Shown here: positions 34,898 to 44,700 of the stretch, in pieces
Layout: each line of letters starts with the position of its first letter
How positions within the stretch are numbered: the first letter of the stretch is position 1
Assembly: GCA_903854335.1 (NCBI GenBank)
Contig: CAINVY010000010.1
Span: 69,060 to 133,059, forward strand
Direction of reading: 5' to 3'
Length of the DNA stretch: 64,000 nt
DNA from: an uncultured Candidatus Peregrinibacteria bacterium
GTDB taxonomy: Bacteria; Patescibacteriota; Gracilibacteria; Peribacterales; Peribacteraceae
Translations under genes and position numbers: made by a program
The notes under the pieces: generated by a model
Told to the model about the DNA's origin: nothing
Databases searched by the model: none
Seen by the model: the letters and a program-made list of their open reading frames with translations, nothing else

Positions 34898-35563
34898 GTG
34901 AAACGCTTCGTCTTCGTTTTCGGCACGCTGCTCCTCCTCACGGGATGTGTAAAAAGCGGAAGCGTCTCGTACCAACTCCGTTTTTCTGACCCCGCTCTGA
35001 AAAACGAGCTCTCGCCCGCCGCACTGCGCGCCGTGCAAGGACGGCTCTACGCCCTCAAGCAGGATGCAGGCGCCAAGAGTGCCGTGCTGGACAGCTCCGG
35101 TTCCATCATCAGTATCATCCTCAAATCGGATGTGGCTGACGAGCTCACCAAACAACTCACCGCCCCTCTGAATTTCAGCGTGATGACACAAGTTCCGGCC
35201 GCTCAGGCGGAAATAACGGTGGAGAAGCTCGGCGCACTCAAGGGAAGCGGCATCACGGAGAAGGATGTCTCGAAGACCGTGGTCAATCCGACGAGCAAGG
35301 ATGGCACGAGTTCCGCCACCATCTCCTTCACGCCCCAGGGCGCAGCCCTGCTGAAAAAAGTGTGTGCCGACAATCTGGGAAAGGTCATCGCTCTCACCGT
35401 ACGCCATCATCTCGTATCGACCTTCACCGTCGGCAGTAGTGACTGCAAGCATGGCTCCGTCACGGTCTCCGGCGCCCCCAATGCCGCGATGGCCCAGGCC
35501 TTCACAGATGACATGAACGTTGGCACTCATGTAACGTTCATCCCTCTCACTTCCTCGCAGTAA
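34898..35563 (+). CDS. lipoprotein resembling the SecD periplasmic P1 region (hypothetical)
   Basis: GTG start. Lipobox LLLLTGC. NLGKVIALTVRHHLVSTFTV...GSVTVSGAPNAAMAQAFTDDMNVG parallels the SecD block GKRIAIFVGGQLVSAPVV...GTAVITGSTNFDEAKKLAQDLNTG in the next gene. Confidence 0.45.
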   Translation: MKRFVFVFGTLLLLTGCVKSGSVSYQLRFSDPALKNELSPAALRAVQGRLYALKQDAGAKSAVLDSSGSIISIILKSDVADELTKQLTAPLNFSVMTQVPAAQAEITVEKLGALKGSGITEKDVSKTVVNPTSKDGTSSATISFTPQGAALLKKVCADNLGKVIALTVRHHLVSTFTVGSSDCKHGSVTVSGAPNAAMAQAFTDDMNVGTHVTFIPLTSSQ

Positions 35564-35583
35564 CGCTGACCAACCCCCCCCCT

Positions 35584-38043
35584 ATGCCGAAGAAACGCCT
35601 CTTTCTGTGGCCTGTCGTCACCGTCGTAATCGCGGCCTGCATCCTCCTCATTGCCCTCCCGCAAGGATGGAAATCCTGGGCACCGAGTTTCCTCCGCGCC
35701 CCTTCCCTCCATCTCGGACTCGATTTGGTCGGAGGAACGCAATTGGATTTCCGCATTTCCGAGGACGAGATCAGCGCGCAAGTGCTCCAACTTACGCAGG
35801 AAATCGCGGATGCACAGAGCAAGAAAGCTCCCGCGGATCAGATCGCGCGTTTGCAATCGGAGAAACTCAGCATTGAGCAACAGCACCAAAACTTGGTGGA
35901 AGCGATTCGCACGGTCCTTGAGCGACGCATCAACGCTCTCGGCGTAAGCGAAGCCACCATCACACCCTCGTACGTCGGCAATGAGAAGCATCTCCTCGTA
36001 GAATGCCCCGGCGTGGTGGATACGCAGCAATGCATCAACGTCGTGGGGAAGACGATCCAATTGGAATTCAAGGAAGAATTCACCCAACCAACCGCAGACT
36101 TCAAGAAGAGCGTACAAGCCAAAGCCGATGCGACGCTCAGCAACATCACGCATAACGGTTCCAGCCTCCAGAAAGAAGGAGAGAATCTCGGCTCACAGCT
36201 CGGCGTTTCCTACCAAGCATCCCACGCCTTCTTCCAGGATCAGCTCCCCGCGACACTGAAGGATCTCTGGGGAAAAAGTCCGAGCTCGCAGATCTTCGAG
36301 CGACAGGGCACCGTGCCCTCCTCGCAACAAGACAGCTCGGGAAAGGTGACGACACAGAATATCCCGGGGATTTTCCTCGTGCAGGTCCTTTCCACTCCCA
36401 CCGCAACGGGCCGCGTCATCAACCAAGCCCCTCTTGCCTTCTCGATCCTTGCCAAGACGGAGCCGCATACGAGCTATGCCGAGCATTCCTCCGTCCCCTT
36501 GGACAAGAAGGTTCCGCTCGAAATCACCGGCACACTCCAGGGCATGACTGCCGGTCAACTGAAGTCCGCTTCCACCACCGACGGATCGTCACACATCCTC
36601 TTCCTCTCGAAACTGGATAAGGGACAGGAGGAGGTGGATGTCAGTCACATCCTCGTGGCCTACAAGGGTGCAGATAACGCCGACAGCTCCGTGGCACGTA
36701 CGAAAGCTGAGGCACTTACAAAAGCGAAGCAACTGAAAGCACAGATCGACGCGGGCGCAAACTTCGATACGGTGGCGAAAAAGGAGACGGATGGAAAGGA
36801 CTCGCGCGCGTCCGGAGGCCGCCTCGGTCTCATTACCCGCGGCACGATGCCCGCCGCCTTTGATGCCACCGCGTTCTCGGAAAAACCCAATACGGTCAGC
36901 GACCCCGTCGAAACGCCGTTCGGGTATCACCTCATCCGCGTCAACGGTCCGATCACATCCGCCCCCGACTCTGCGAGCTATGACGATCTGACGGTATCAG
37001 GAACAGGCGCCTCAGCGCGCGCCGCTGCCCTCCTCACCCGTCTGCAGAACGGAGACGTGAAGTCGAACGAGCAGGCCGTGTCGCTGCGCTTCATCTTCTT
37101 CTCTCTGCAACCCAGCGGCTGGAAGGACACGACGCTCGACGGCAAGCACTTCCGCACCGCGTCGGTTGCCGTGGATCCCGTGACGAACGTCCCCGTGGTC
37201 CAGATCATGTTCGATACCGAAGGGGCACAGCTCTTCCAGGAACTCACCAAGAACAATGTGGGCAAGCGCATCGCGATCTTCGTCGGAGGACAGCTCGTCT
37301 CCGCACCGGTCGTCCAGCAGGAGATCGCCGGCGGCACCGCCGTGATCACGGGGAGCACGAACTTCGACGAAGCGAAGAAGCTCGCTCAGGATCTGAATAC
37401 CGGAGCGATCCCCGCCCCCATCCACCTCGTCGGCCAGTACACGATTGAAGCCACACTCGGCGCCGCAGCCCTGCGCACGTCCCTCCAGGCCGCGCTCATC
37501 GGCACGCTGATCCTCATGCTCTACATGATCCTCATGTACCGCATGCTCGGCGTCATGGCCGACCTCGCCCTCGGCATGTACGCGATCATGCTCTTCGCTC
37601 TCCTCAAGCTCCCGCTTCTGCTCTTCATGCACGACTACATTGTCCTCACACTCGCGGGCATGGCAGGCATCATCCTCTCGATCGGCATGGCCGTGGACGC
37701 GAATGTTCTCGTCTTCGAGCGTATGAAGGAAGAACTGCGTAAAGGCAAACTCGTGAAGACCGCAGTGGAAGCAAGCTTCAAGCATGCATGGCCCGCCATC
37801 CGAGATTCCAACGTCTCGACGCTCATCACCTGCTGCATCCTCTTCATCATCGGTTCGTCGATCGTTCGCGGCTTCGCCATCACGCTCGGCATGGGAATCT
37901 TCCTCTCGCTGTTCACGGCCGTGACCGTCACGCGTTGGTTGCTGCGCCACCTCGCCGCCACGAGCATCGCCGATCACATCCAACTCTTCGTGGGCGGCAT
38001 CTCCCGCTCTGAGAATACGGAGTTTACGGAGTCGGACGTATGA
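35584..38043 (+). CDS. secD: protein translocase subunit SecD with an embedded parvulin-type PPIase domain
   Basis: SecD blocks LGLDLVGGTQL, RRINALGVSEATI, VGKTIQLEFK, GKRIAIFVGGQLVSAPVV and 6 C-terminal TMs (SIGMAVDANVLVFERMKEE). Residues about 351-455 (nt about 36634-36948), VDVSHILVAYKG...GGRLGLITRGTMPAAFDATAF...PFGYHLIRVNG, match PpiC/parvulin. Confidence 0.85.
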   Translation: MPKKRLFLWPVVTVVIAACILLIALPQGWKSWAPSFLRAPSLHLGLDLVGGTQLDFRISEDEISAQVLQLTQEIADAQSKKAPADQIARLQSEKLSIEQQHQNLVEAIRTVLERRINALGVSEATITPSYVGNEKHLLVECPGVVDTQQCINVVGKTIQLEFKEEFTQPTADFKKSVQAKADATLSNITHNGSSLQKEGENLGSQLGVSYQASHAFFQDQLPATLKDLWGKSPSSQIFERQGTVPSSQQDSSGKVTTQNIPGIFLVQVLSTPTATGRVINQAPLAFSILAKTEPHTSYAEHSSVPLDKKVPLEITGTLQGMTAGQLKSASTTDGSSHILFLSKLDKGQEEVDVSHILVAYKGADNADSSVARTKAEALTKAKQLKAQIDAGANFDTVAKKETDGKDSRASGGRLGLITRGTMPAAFDATAFSEKPNTVSDPVETPFGYHLIRVNGPITSAPDSASYDDLTVSGTGASARAAALLTRLQNGDVKSNEQAVSLRFIFFSLQPSGWKDTTLDGKHFRTASVAVDPVTNVPVVQIMFDTEGAQLFQELTKNNVGKRIAIFVGGQLVSAPVVQQEIAGGTAVITGSTNFDEAKKLAQDLNTGAIPAPIHLVGQYTIEATLGAAALRTSLQAALIGTLILMLYMILMYRMLGVMADLALGMYAIMLFALLKLPLLLFMHDYIVLTLAGMAGIILSIGMAVDANVLVFERMKEELRKGKLVKTAVEASFKHAWPAIRDSNVSTLITCCILFIIGSSIVRGFAITLGMGIFLSLFTAVTVTRWLLRHLAATSIADHIQLFVGGISRSENTEFTESDV

Positions 38044-38393
38044 GCGACCGACTCTGCGTATCCGATCTGGAGATTTGGACTCGCATCGGGGTCAACACAG
38101 AGGAACGACAAGTCGAGCAGCGCCTCCTCGTCTCGTTTTCCCTGGAATGCGATCTCTCAAGCGTTGCAGAGCATGATGCTATCTCCGAGGACTTCGACTA
38201 CGCGGCGCTGGCGGTGAGCATTCGCGATCTTGGCTTGCAGGAGCGAAAAACGATCGAACGCTTTGCGCAGGACATCGCCTCCCTCCTGCTTCGCCGATCG
38301 ACTGCGAAGAGCGTCGATGTCACGGTGAAGAAGTTCCCGCCCCTCGGAGTGAAAGAGGTGAGTGCAACGATCGTGCGTCTCAAAAATCACTGA
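38040..38393 (+). CDS. folB: dihydroneopterin aldolase
   Basis: 117 aa. DLEIWTRIGVNTEERQVEQRLLVSFSL...DYAALAVSIRDL is typical FolB. ATGA overlap with the secD stop. Confidence 0.8.
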   Translation: MSDRLCVSDLEIWTRIGVNTEERQVEQRLLVSFSLECDLSSVAEHDAISEDFDYAALAVSIRDLGLQERKTIERFAQDIASLLLRRSTAKSVDVTVKKFPPLGVKEVSATIVRLKNH

Positions 38394-38448
38394 TCACAGT
38401 TCACTTTCCACTGTTCGCTGATCACCGTTCACTCTTTTTTACTCCCTC

Positions 38449-38943
38449 ATGTCTCGCGTCTTCATCGCTCTCGGCTCCAATATCGAACCTGAAACAAATC
38501 TCCTCTCCGCTGCGGCTTCTCTGCGCGCATTCTGGCCGGACACCCGCTTCTCCCGCGTGTATCGCAGTGCTCCGATGGGACATGAAGAACAGGCATTCTT
38601 CCTCAATGCCGTGGGGATGATGGAAACCACTGAACCTCCCGAGGAAATAATCAAAAAACTCCAATCCATCGAACAAAATTTGAAGAAAGAAACCCCCTTC
38701 CGCTTCGGCCCACGCACCATCGACCTCGATCTCCTCCTTTTCGACAACCTCACTTTGCATGATCCTGCCTTCACGCTCCCCCATCCTCGCATGCACGAGC
38801 GACGCTTCGTGCTCGCCCCACTCCTCGATCTCATCTCTCCGGAGGATCGTCACCCCTCGCTCCACCAAACCTGGTCGAAACTCCTCGATGCGACGCAGGA
38901 ACAAACGTGCGAACTCTTTCCCCTTCACCTCGAAGTCCGATAG
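38449..38943 (+). CDS. folK: 2-amino-4-hydroxy-6-hydroxymethyldihydropteridine diphosphokinase
   Basis: VFIALGSNI, FLNAVGMMET, RFGPRTIDLDLLLF, LPHPRMHERRFVLAPL. Confidence 0.9.
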   Translation: MSRVFIALGSNIEPETNLLSAAASLRAFWPDTRFSRVYRSAPMGHEEQAFFLNAVGMMETTEPPEEIIKKLQSIEQNLKKETPFRFGPRTIDLDLLLFDNLTLHDPAFTLPHPRMHERRFVLAPLLDLISPEDRHPSLHQTWSKLLDATQEQTCELFPLHLEVR

Positions 38944-38970
38944 GATACGCAAGCTTCATTCCATCCGCCC

Positions 38971-39576
38971 ATGAAACGCCTCATCGCACTCCTCCCGCTT
39001 TTGGCCATCTGTTTCCTTCTGGCATCGCCAAAGTCGTACGCTGCCACGCTCCCCGTGCCGGGCGTGAGCCTTCAAGACCACATCTTCGGTCGAAGAACCG
39101 CTCCCGTGACACTGATCGTCTACTCGGATTTCGAGTGTCCGTTCTGCAAGAGCTTCCATGACACGCTGAAAGACGTCTTCAAGGCCGAAGGGAAGAAGGT
39201 AAACATCGTCTACCGTCATTTCCCGCTTCCATTCCACGAGAATGCTCTTCCCGCAGCGGAGGCCTCCGAATGTGTCGCAAAGACATTTGGCAACGGCGGA
39301 TTCTGGACATTTGTCGATGCCGTATTCGCAGACGGAGCAGCGCAGTATGCCGTGGCTGCGAAGTCAGTCGGCATGTCTGATGCCTCTCTCGCCTCCTGCA
39401 TGAAAGACCCCGCCATCGTGAAAAAAGTCCAAGATCAAGGAAGCGGCGTGGAAGCTACCGTGACCGGCACGCCCACGACCATCGTTCTTAATCGCAAAAC
39501 GGGGGCTCTACAAACGATTACCGGTGCGGTGTCCGCGCAAGAGGTGGAAACAGCCATCGCTGCGGTATCGAAATAA
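38971..39576 (+). CDS. DsbA-family thiol:disulfide oxidoreductase (secreted)
   Basis: Signal peptide. Thioredoxin-fold active site FECPFCKSF. C-terminal GTPTTIVLN (cis-Pro loop region). Confidence 0.8.
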   Translation: MKRLIALLPLLAICFLLASPKSYAATLPVPGVSLQDHIFGRRTAPVTLIVYSDFECPFCKSFHDTLKDVFKAEGKKVNIVYRHFPLPFHENALPAAEASECVAKTFGNGGFWTFVDAVFADGAAQYAVAAKSVGMSDASLASCMKDPAIVKKVQDQGSGVEATVTGTPTTIVLNRKTGALQTITGAVSAQEVETAIAAVSK

Positions 39577-39620
39577 GAACGAATTGCAAAAATAAAGCGA
39601 GGGACGTAAGGTCTTTCCCC

Positions 39621-40169
39621 ATGGAAGACCTCATCAAAAAGCTCCTGCTGGAGCTTGGAGAGAATCCCAAGCGGCCGGGCCTGCGCGGCACGCCGAGACG
39701 CTACAGCGAGGCGATGAAGTTCTTCGTCTCCGGCTACGGGGAGAATATCGAGAAGATCGTGAACGGCGCCCTCTTCCCCGCCGACACCGAAGGCATGGTG
39801 ATCATCAAAGATATCGAGACGTACTCCCTCTGCGAGCACCACCTGCTCCCGTTCTTTGGACGCGTCCACGTCGGATACATTCCGGACAAGCACGTGATCG
39901 GACTCAGCAAGATCCCCCGCATCATCGACATGTTCGCTCGCCGCCTCCAGGTCCAAGAACGCATGGGGCAGGAGATCTGCGATGCGCTCTACGAGATCCT
40001 GCAGCCGAAGGGGATCGGCATCGTCACGGAGATGAGCCACCTCTGCATGATGATGCGCGGAGTGGAGAAGCAACGAAATATCGCCGTCACGAGCCACGTA
40101 AAAGGCAGTTTCAAGCGGGATGCGCGCACGAGACAGGAATTTCTCGACCTCATCCGCATGAAATCCTAA
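39621..40169 (+). CDS. folE: GTP cyclohydrolase I
   Basis: GENPKRPGLRGTPRRYSEAM, SLCEHHLLPFFGRVHVGYIP, GLSKIPRIIDMFARRLQVQERM, HLCMMMRGV. Confidence 0.95.
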   Translation: MEDLIKKLLLELGENPKRPGLRGTPRRYSEAMKFFVSGYGENIEKIVNGALFPADTEGMVIIKDIETYSLCEHHLLPFFGRVHVGYIPDKHVIGLSKIPRIIDMFARRLQVQERMGQEICDALYEILQPKGIGIVTEMSHLCMMMRGVEKQRNIAVTSHVKGSFKRDARTRQEFLDLIRMKS

Positions 40170-40843
40170 GCGGCCTGAGCGGTTATCTCGGATGCAAATC
40201 GACGCAACTCCCCTTTCCTCGACAGCTCCTCCACTCGATTCTTCGATCCGAAACGGCAAACCTTCGCATAGAGGGCCTGATAGCCCAGCGAGAGCTTTCG
40301 TATGCTCCCGGGCGCCACCTTCTCCTGTGCGGCAATCGCACCCGCCTCGATGAAATCATGAGCCATGATTTTCTCGCCAGTACCAAGCGTCACTTCCTCC
40401 GCATCCGGCTCGGACTGTTCCGTATGAAATTGTTCATGCGCGGCCAACCCTTTTGCCATCTCGACATCAACGACGCCTTCCTCGCCTTCCAACGATCGTG
40501 CATCGAAGGAATCGGAGCCCGTTGCTCCCAATCGAGCCTGCCCCGCAACGCCTTCGGGTAGCCGAAGATTGAGTGCATTTGTTTTTCCGACCGTTTCCTC
40601 GATGTCGCGGCTCGCACGCTCAAGATGAGTAGCAGCAACGGATAAATCTCCTTCAGAAGAACCTTGCGGCTCCAATCCATCGAGTACGTCCCGCGCGCTC
40701 TCATGAGTTTCCGTCTGCATGTCATGAAGACGAAGCGAGCGTGCCCTGACGAGAAGGGCTTCGGAGAGATCGTGAGCACGCAGACCTTCGAGGCGGCGAG
40801 CCTCCTCTTGGTAGATCTGCCGCGCGAGAGTTGGAGCAGACAT
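40166..40843 (-). CDS. hypothetical acidic protein
   Basis: 225-aa ORF with an ATG start. Sits between folE and folA and converges on folE with a 4-nt overlap. Contains AAHEQFH, but no family was recognised. Confidence 0.4.
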   Translation of the reverse strand: MSAPTLARQIYQEEARRLEGLRAHDLSEALLVRARSLRLHDMQTETHESARDVLDGLEPQGSSEGDLSVAATHLERASRDIEETVGKTNALNLRLPEGVAGQARLGATGSDSFDARSLEGEEGVVDVEMAKGLAAHEQFHTEQSEPDAEEVTLGTGEKIMAHDFIEAGAIAAQEKVAPGSIRKLSLGYQALYAKVCRFGSKNRVEELSRKGELRRFASEITAQAA

Positions 40844-40946
40844 TGTGCGCAGAGTGTGCGTCGAATGCTCCCGAAGAACAAGCAGAGAATGGACAAAATC
40901 TCCCGAAAATTAATTGCGCTGCGGTGAGAGGAAACGCCCGTGCCCC

Positions 40947-41447
40947 TTACACCGAGTTCTTCCTTCGTTCATAGAGGAAGAATGTGTAATCGTGCATGTG
41001 CCGGGCATCTGCGTCATGCCGCTCCATCGATACTTGTTCCCAGGTATCCGCATCAAGAGCAGGAAAGTACGTGTCGCCTTCGATCACGGCATGGACGCGC
41101 GTGAGATAGATGCGATCAGCGAGAGGGAGAACTTCTTCGAACAGTTGACCGCCACCGATAACGAACACCTCCTTGGCACCGGACGCTTCCGACGCCTTCA
41201 ACGCCTCCTCCAGAGAATGAACGGTGATGCATCCGTCCGTCGCTTCCCTGCTTCGCGTCACCACGATATTGGTACGATCGGGAAGCGCATGGCCGATGGA
41301 TGCGAACGTTTTTCGCCCCATGATGACGGGCTTGCCGATCGTGAGTTCTCGAAAGAATTTCAAATCATTTGGCAGTTTCCACGGCAATCCGCCCGCCACG
41401 CCGATGACGTTATTTTCGGCCGCTGCGACAACGAGAGAGATTTTCAT
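40947..41447 (-). CDS. folA: dihydrofolate reductase
   Basis: [46 protein letters not shown]...IVVTRS. ATGA overlap with the thyA stop. Confidence 0.95.
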   Translation of the reverse strand: MKISLVVAAAENNVIGVAGGLPWKLPNDLKFFRELTIGKPVIMGRKTFASIGHALPDRTNIVVTRSREATDGCITVHSLEEALKASEASGAKEVFVIGGGQLFEEVLPLADRIYLTRVHAVIEGDTYFPALDADTWEQVSMERHDADARHMHDYTFFLYERRKNSV

Positions 41448-42238
41448 ATGGCAATAGGAGCTTTAATCGCCGGAAGAGGATCATATCCCACGACTTCGAT
41501 ATCCTCGAAGGTGAAAGCATCGATGGATTGCACGGCGGGATTCAATTTCAAGGTCGGAAGCGGACGAGGCTCTCTGGTGAGTTGCTCCCTCGCCTGATCC
41601 AGATGATTGACGTACAAATGCGCGTCGCCAAGCGTGTGGACAAAGTCTCCGGGCTCAAGCCCCGTCACCTGCGCCACCATGTGGGTCAGAAGCGCGTAGG
41701 AGGCGATATTGAAGGGAACACCGAGGAAGACATCGCAACTGCGTTGGTAGAGCTGACAACTCAGGCGACCCTGCGAGACGTAGAATTGGAAGAAACAATG
41801 GCACGGCGCGAGCGCCATCTTCGGAATATCGGCGACATTCCATGCGCTCACGATGAGACGTCGGGAGTTCGGATTCGTCTTGATCTCCTCGATGACCGCT
41901 GCGATCTGATCGATCGGCTTGCCGTCCTTCCCCTCCCAACTGCGCCACTGCTTGCCGTAGATCGGCCCGAGATCGCCGTCGCCATTCGCCCACTCGTCCC
42001 AGATCGTGACGTTATTCTCCTTCAGATATCGGATGTTCGTCTCCCCTTTCAAAAACCAGAGGAGCTCGTGAAAAATGGATCGCGTGTGCAGCTTCTTCGT
42101 CGTGAGGAGGGGAAACCCGTCCGCAAGAGGAAACCGCATCTGGTAGCCAAACGTGCTCAGTGTTCCCGTCCCCGTTCGATCGCCTTTCGGGGCGCCTTTC
42201 TCGAGAATAGCGGAGACGAGGTCGAGGTACTGTCGCAT
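41444..42238 (-). CDS. thyA: thymidylate synthase (ThyA type)
   Basis: MRQYLDLV...[54 protein letters not shown]. Confidence 0.95.
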   Translation of the reverse strand: MRQYLDLVSAILEKGAPKGDRTGTGTLSTFGYQMRFPLADGFPLLTTKKLHTRSIFHELLWFLKGETNIRYLKENNVTIWDEWANGDGDLGPIYGKQWRSWEGKDGKPIDQIAAVIEEIKTNPNSRRLIVSAWNVADIPKMALAPCHCFFQFYVSQGRLSCQLYQRSCDVFLGVPFNIASYALLTHMVAQVTGLEPGDFVHTLGDAHLYVNHLDQAREQLTREPRPLPTLKLNPAVQSIDAFTFEDIEVVGYDPLPAIKAPIAI

Positions 42239-42303
42239 GGAAAAGAATCATAGGATCGCATCCAAGCATGTGCAATCGGCAATCTCGGCTCATCGCTGTC
42301 TCC

Positions 42304-43140
42304 TCAGTTCTGAGGAACGGCTTCCAGCTTCTTCCGCGCATATCCCAACGGGATGGAAACAGGAGAGATAACGCCGCGCGCCAACGTTCCAAGGATTCCC
42401 GACGGCTTGCTCTTCCACACACTTTCATGCCAGCGGCCAAGACCATAGACCGCACCTCCCACTCCACCGGCAAACGCCATCGAAGCCGCCGTGGAAGCCA
42501 CTGCAGCTGTAGCGAAGGCTGACGCCACCGCTGGAAGAGCGCCGACATTGAAAGAGGAATACGCCATCGCACCCACTGCCCCGAGAGCCGTACCGCTCAA
42601 TGCCCCAGTGGCAGGATGTCCCATCCTCTTCCCAATGTAATACCCTGCCAAGCCCGTCGCTGCGGGAACGCCCGCGCTCAACGCAAGAATGCTGGAAGAA
42701 GATGCGTATGGGAACGCCGAGAGTGCAATCGAAGTTGCAGAAGATCCCATTATTCCGGAAACGGCAGCCGTTCCGATTGCCGCATCCCAGGCCCCCTCCG
42801 ATAGAGATTCGTTCGGTTGCTCTCCGGGCAAGGATATTCTGGCATGCGTCGATCTGATAGGACCAACTGTCTGTGTGCTTTCGGGATGCGCAACGATACG
42901 TTCATTCCTCCGATGCGTTCGTTGCGGCTCCTCCGTGACTCCTCGTGGCTCCGCCTCACGCATCGCATCAGCACCTTCTTGAATATAGGAATCTAGTAAC
43001 TGGCGATTCATGCCACGCTGCGCCTGCAAAGAATGAGCGACTGCCTCCTGCGTTGAATCAGGAACCGCTTTCGCTTTCTCAGGACTTCTTTCTGGTTGTA
43101 TGTGTGTATTGATCATATTCATATTATACAACTTTTTCAT
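42304..43140 (-). CDS. hypothetical protein with Gly/Ala/Ser-rich (glycine-zipper-like) membrane region
   Basis: ATG 43140 (MKKLYNMNMINTH, A+T-rich 5' end). The C-terminal half is rich in small residues: GTAAVSGIMGSSATS...GALSGTALGAVGAMAY...AFAGGVGGAVYGLG. Confidence 0.45.
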   Translation of the reverse strand: MKKLYNMNMINTHIQPERSPEKAKAVPDSTQEAVAHSLQAQRGMNRQLLDSYIQEGADAMREAEPRGVTEEPQRTHRRNERIVAHPESTQTVGPIRSTHARISLPGEQPNESLSEGAWDAAIGTAAVSGIMGSSATSIALSAFPYASSSSILALSAGVPAATGLAGYYIGKRMGHPATGALSGTALGAVGAMAYSSFNVGALPAVASAFATAAVASTAASMAFAGGVGGAVYGLGRWHESVWKSKPSGILGTLARGVISPVSIPLGYARKKLEAVPQN

Positions 43141-43182
43141 ATTTCCATCAAGTTCCCTCTTTCCCCATGAGGAAGCCAATTA

Positions 43183-44700
43183 CTACTTGCACCGATTCGG
43201 TCGAAACGCCTGCGATGCCGAGAGAGCCGAATAGGCGGGCGCGTAGCTATTGCTCGCGTTCCAGAAGGTGAACCCGCACATGCCCGCATCGTAGACCGCA
43301 TGGATTTCGTCCGTGATTTGCGTGGGTGTCATGGAGTACGCCTGAAGCCAAGGGCGAATCTTCGACACCTGATCCGGCGGCAGAAGATTTTTATATCCCG
43401 TGAGCGTGCGGTACACGAGGTGATAAGCGCGGCTGCCCTCGTTCTTCGCGGGATCGTAGTACGACGGATCCGTAAAGGAGGAGGGGTAGGCCATCGGAGA
43501 AATGACGTCGATGAGGGGGGCGAAGCGAACGAAGTTCTGTCCGAGCGCATTGTCGTTAATCTGGAAATCCCAACCGAGGATGGCATACGTGCTCATGCCG
43601 AGCTTCGTCTGCGGACGCAACGCATCGATCTCACTTCGCGCCATGCGGACAAAGGATTCCAAACGCGACTCTTTCTGATCCGTCGCCAGACCGATCGAGG
43701 CCATGGAATACTCGGTAGGATAACGGATGTAATCCAAGTTCACCTCGTCGATGCCGGCGCGAAGCAGGTCATCGATGATCTCCCTGTTGTACTCGATCGT
43801 ATCCGGCATTCCCGGATCCACCCACGCGTCACCGACGCTCACACCCGTCGCCGGGTTGCGGATCTGCGTCGAGGGATCGGCATCCGCAAGAGGCGTGTCT
43901 TTCAGCGATACGAAGCGCCCGATCACATAGAGCCCCTTGGCATGAGCGGCGGCAATGACATCGGGAAGATTGTAGATGTTATGGATCGATCCGAACTTCT
44001 TCGCCATCGCGGAGGTGCTGTCGAAGTAGATGTCACCCCCCTTCACCTCAATGACCAGTGCATTGCCGCCTTGGGCGACGATGTCATCCATGGTTTGCTG
44101 GAGAAAATCTGGTCGCGCCACGCTCACCGCTCCGAGATACATACCCGTTTTCGTGTCGCTGCGAACTTGGGGAGCCGTTTCGATGAGAATCCTGCCCGTC
44201 CCCTGCTTCTCCAGTATCTTCAGGAATCCCTTTCCATGGCTCTGGAGAATTTCATCATGGATGTTCTTTGGAGAAGCATCGGTGCTCCCGCTTGCGCTTG
44301 CGCTCTTGGTTTCGACTGGTGCGATGTGACGTATGCGCGGAGTCGTCCGAGGGGAAGGAGTCTTCGTCGTCGATGTCGTCGCGTGCGGTCGCACGGCCTG
44401 CGGATACGAATCGATACTTCGCGCCAACGCAAACTCCCCAATCAGAAGGCCGAAGAGCGCAAACAACGGAAGGAATAACCAATAGGGATCGAATGCTCTG
44501 GGGGCAGGAGGCGCCAGCAACAAAACGGGCTCGCCTTCCGGAAGAGCCAAGACCAGTGGAGGAAGAATGTCTTCTATCATCAGATGCACGCTCGACTGTA
44601 CCTCAGAGATTGGATCGCAAACCATAGATGAAGTGGAAATGTGTTGTTGAGAATTCCCATTATTGTAGCAGAAAAACACCGACGACGCCACTTCCTTCAT
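43183..44700 (-). CDS. membrane-anchored putative glycoside hydrolase (TIM-barrel-like, uncharacterised family)
   Basis: ATG 44700 forms an ATGA overlap with the upstream stop. One TM (WLFLPLFALFGLLIGEFALA). GGNALVIEVKGGDIYFDS...GLYVIGRFVSLKD...AWVDPGMPDTIEYNREIIDDLLRAGIDEVNLDYIRYP resembles predicted glycosyl-hydrolase-like proteins. Confidence 0.5.
   Translation of the reverse strand: MKEVASSVFFCYNNGNSQQHISTSSMVCDPISEVQSSVHLMIEDILPPLVLALPEGEPVLLLAPPAPRAFDPYWLFLPLFALFGLLIGEFALARSIDSYPQAVRPHATTSTTKTPSPRTTPRIRHIAPVETKSASASGSTDASPKNIHDEILQSHGKGFLKILEKQGTGRILIETAPQVRSDTKTGMYLGAVSVARPDFLQQTMDDIVAQGGNALVIEVKGGDIYFDSTSAMAKKFGSIHNIYNLPDVIAAAHAKGLYVIGRFVSLKDTPLADADPSTQIRNPATGVSVGDAWVDPGMPDTIEYNREIIDDLLRAGIDEVNLDYIRYPTEYSMASIGLATDQKESRLESFVRMARSEIDALRPQTKLGMSTYAILGWDFQINDNALGQNFVRFAPLIDVISPMAYPSSFTDPSYYDPAKNEGSRAYHLVYRTLTGYKNLLPPDQVSKIRPWLQAYSMTPTQITDEIHAVYDAGMCGFTFWNASNSYAPAYSALSASQAFRPNRCK

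Noticed and set aside
40166-40843. HEQFH string as evidence for a zinc metallopeptidase
   Set aside because: It is a single HExxH match in an otherwise unrecognisable acidic protein, which is insufficient. The gene is left as hypothetical.
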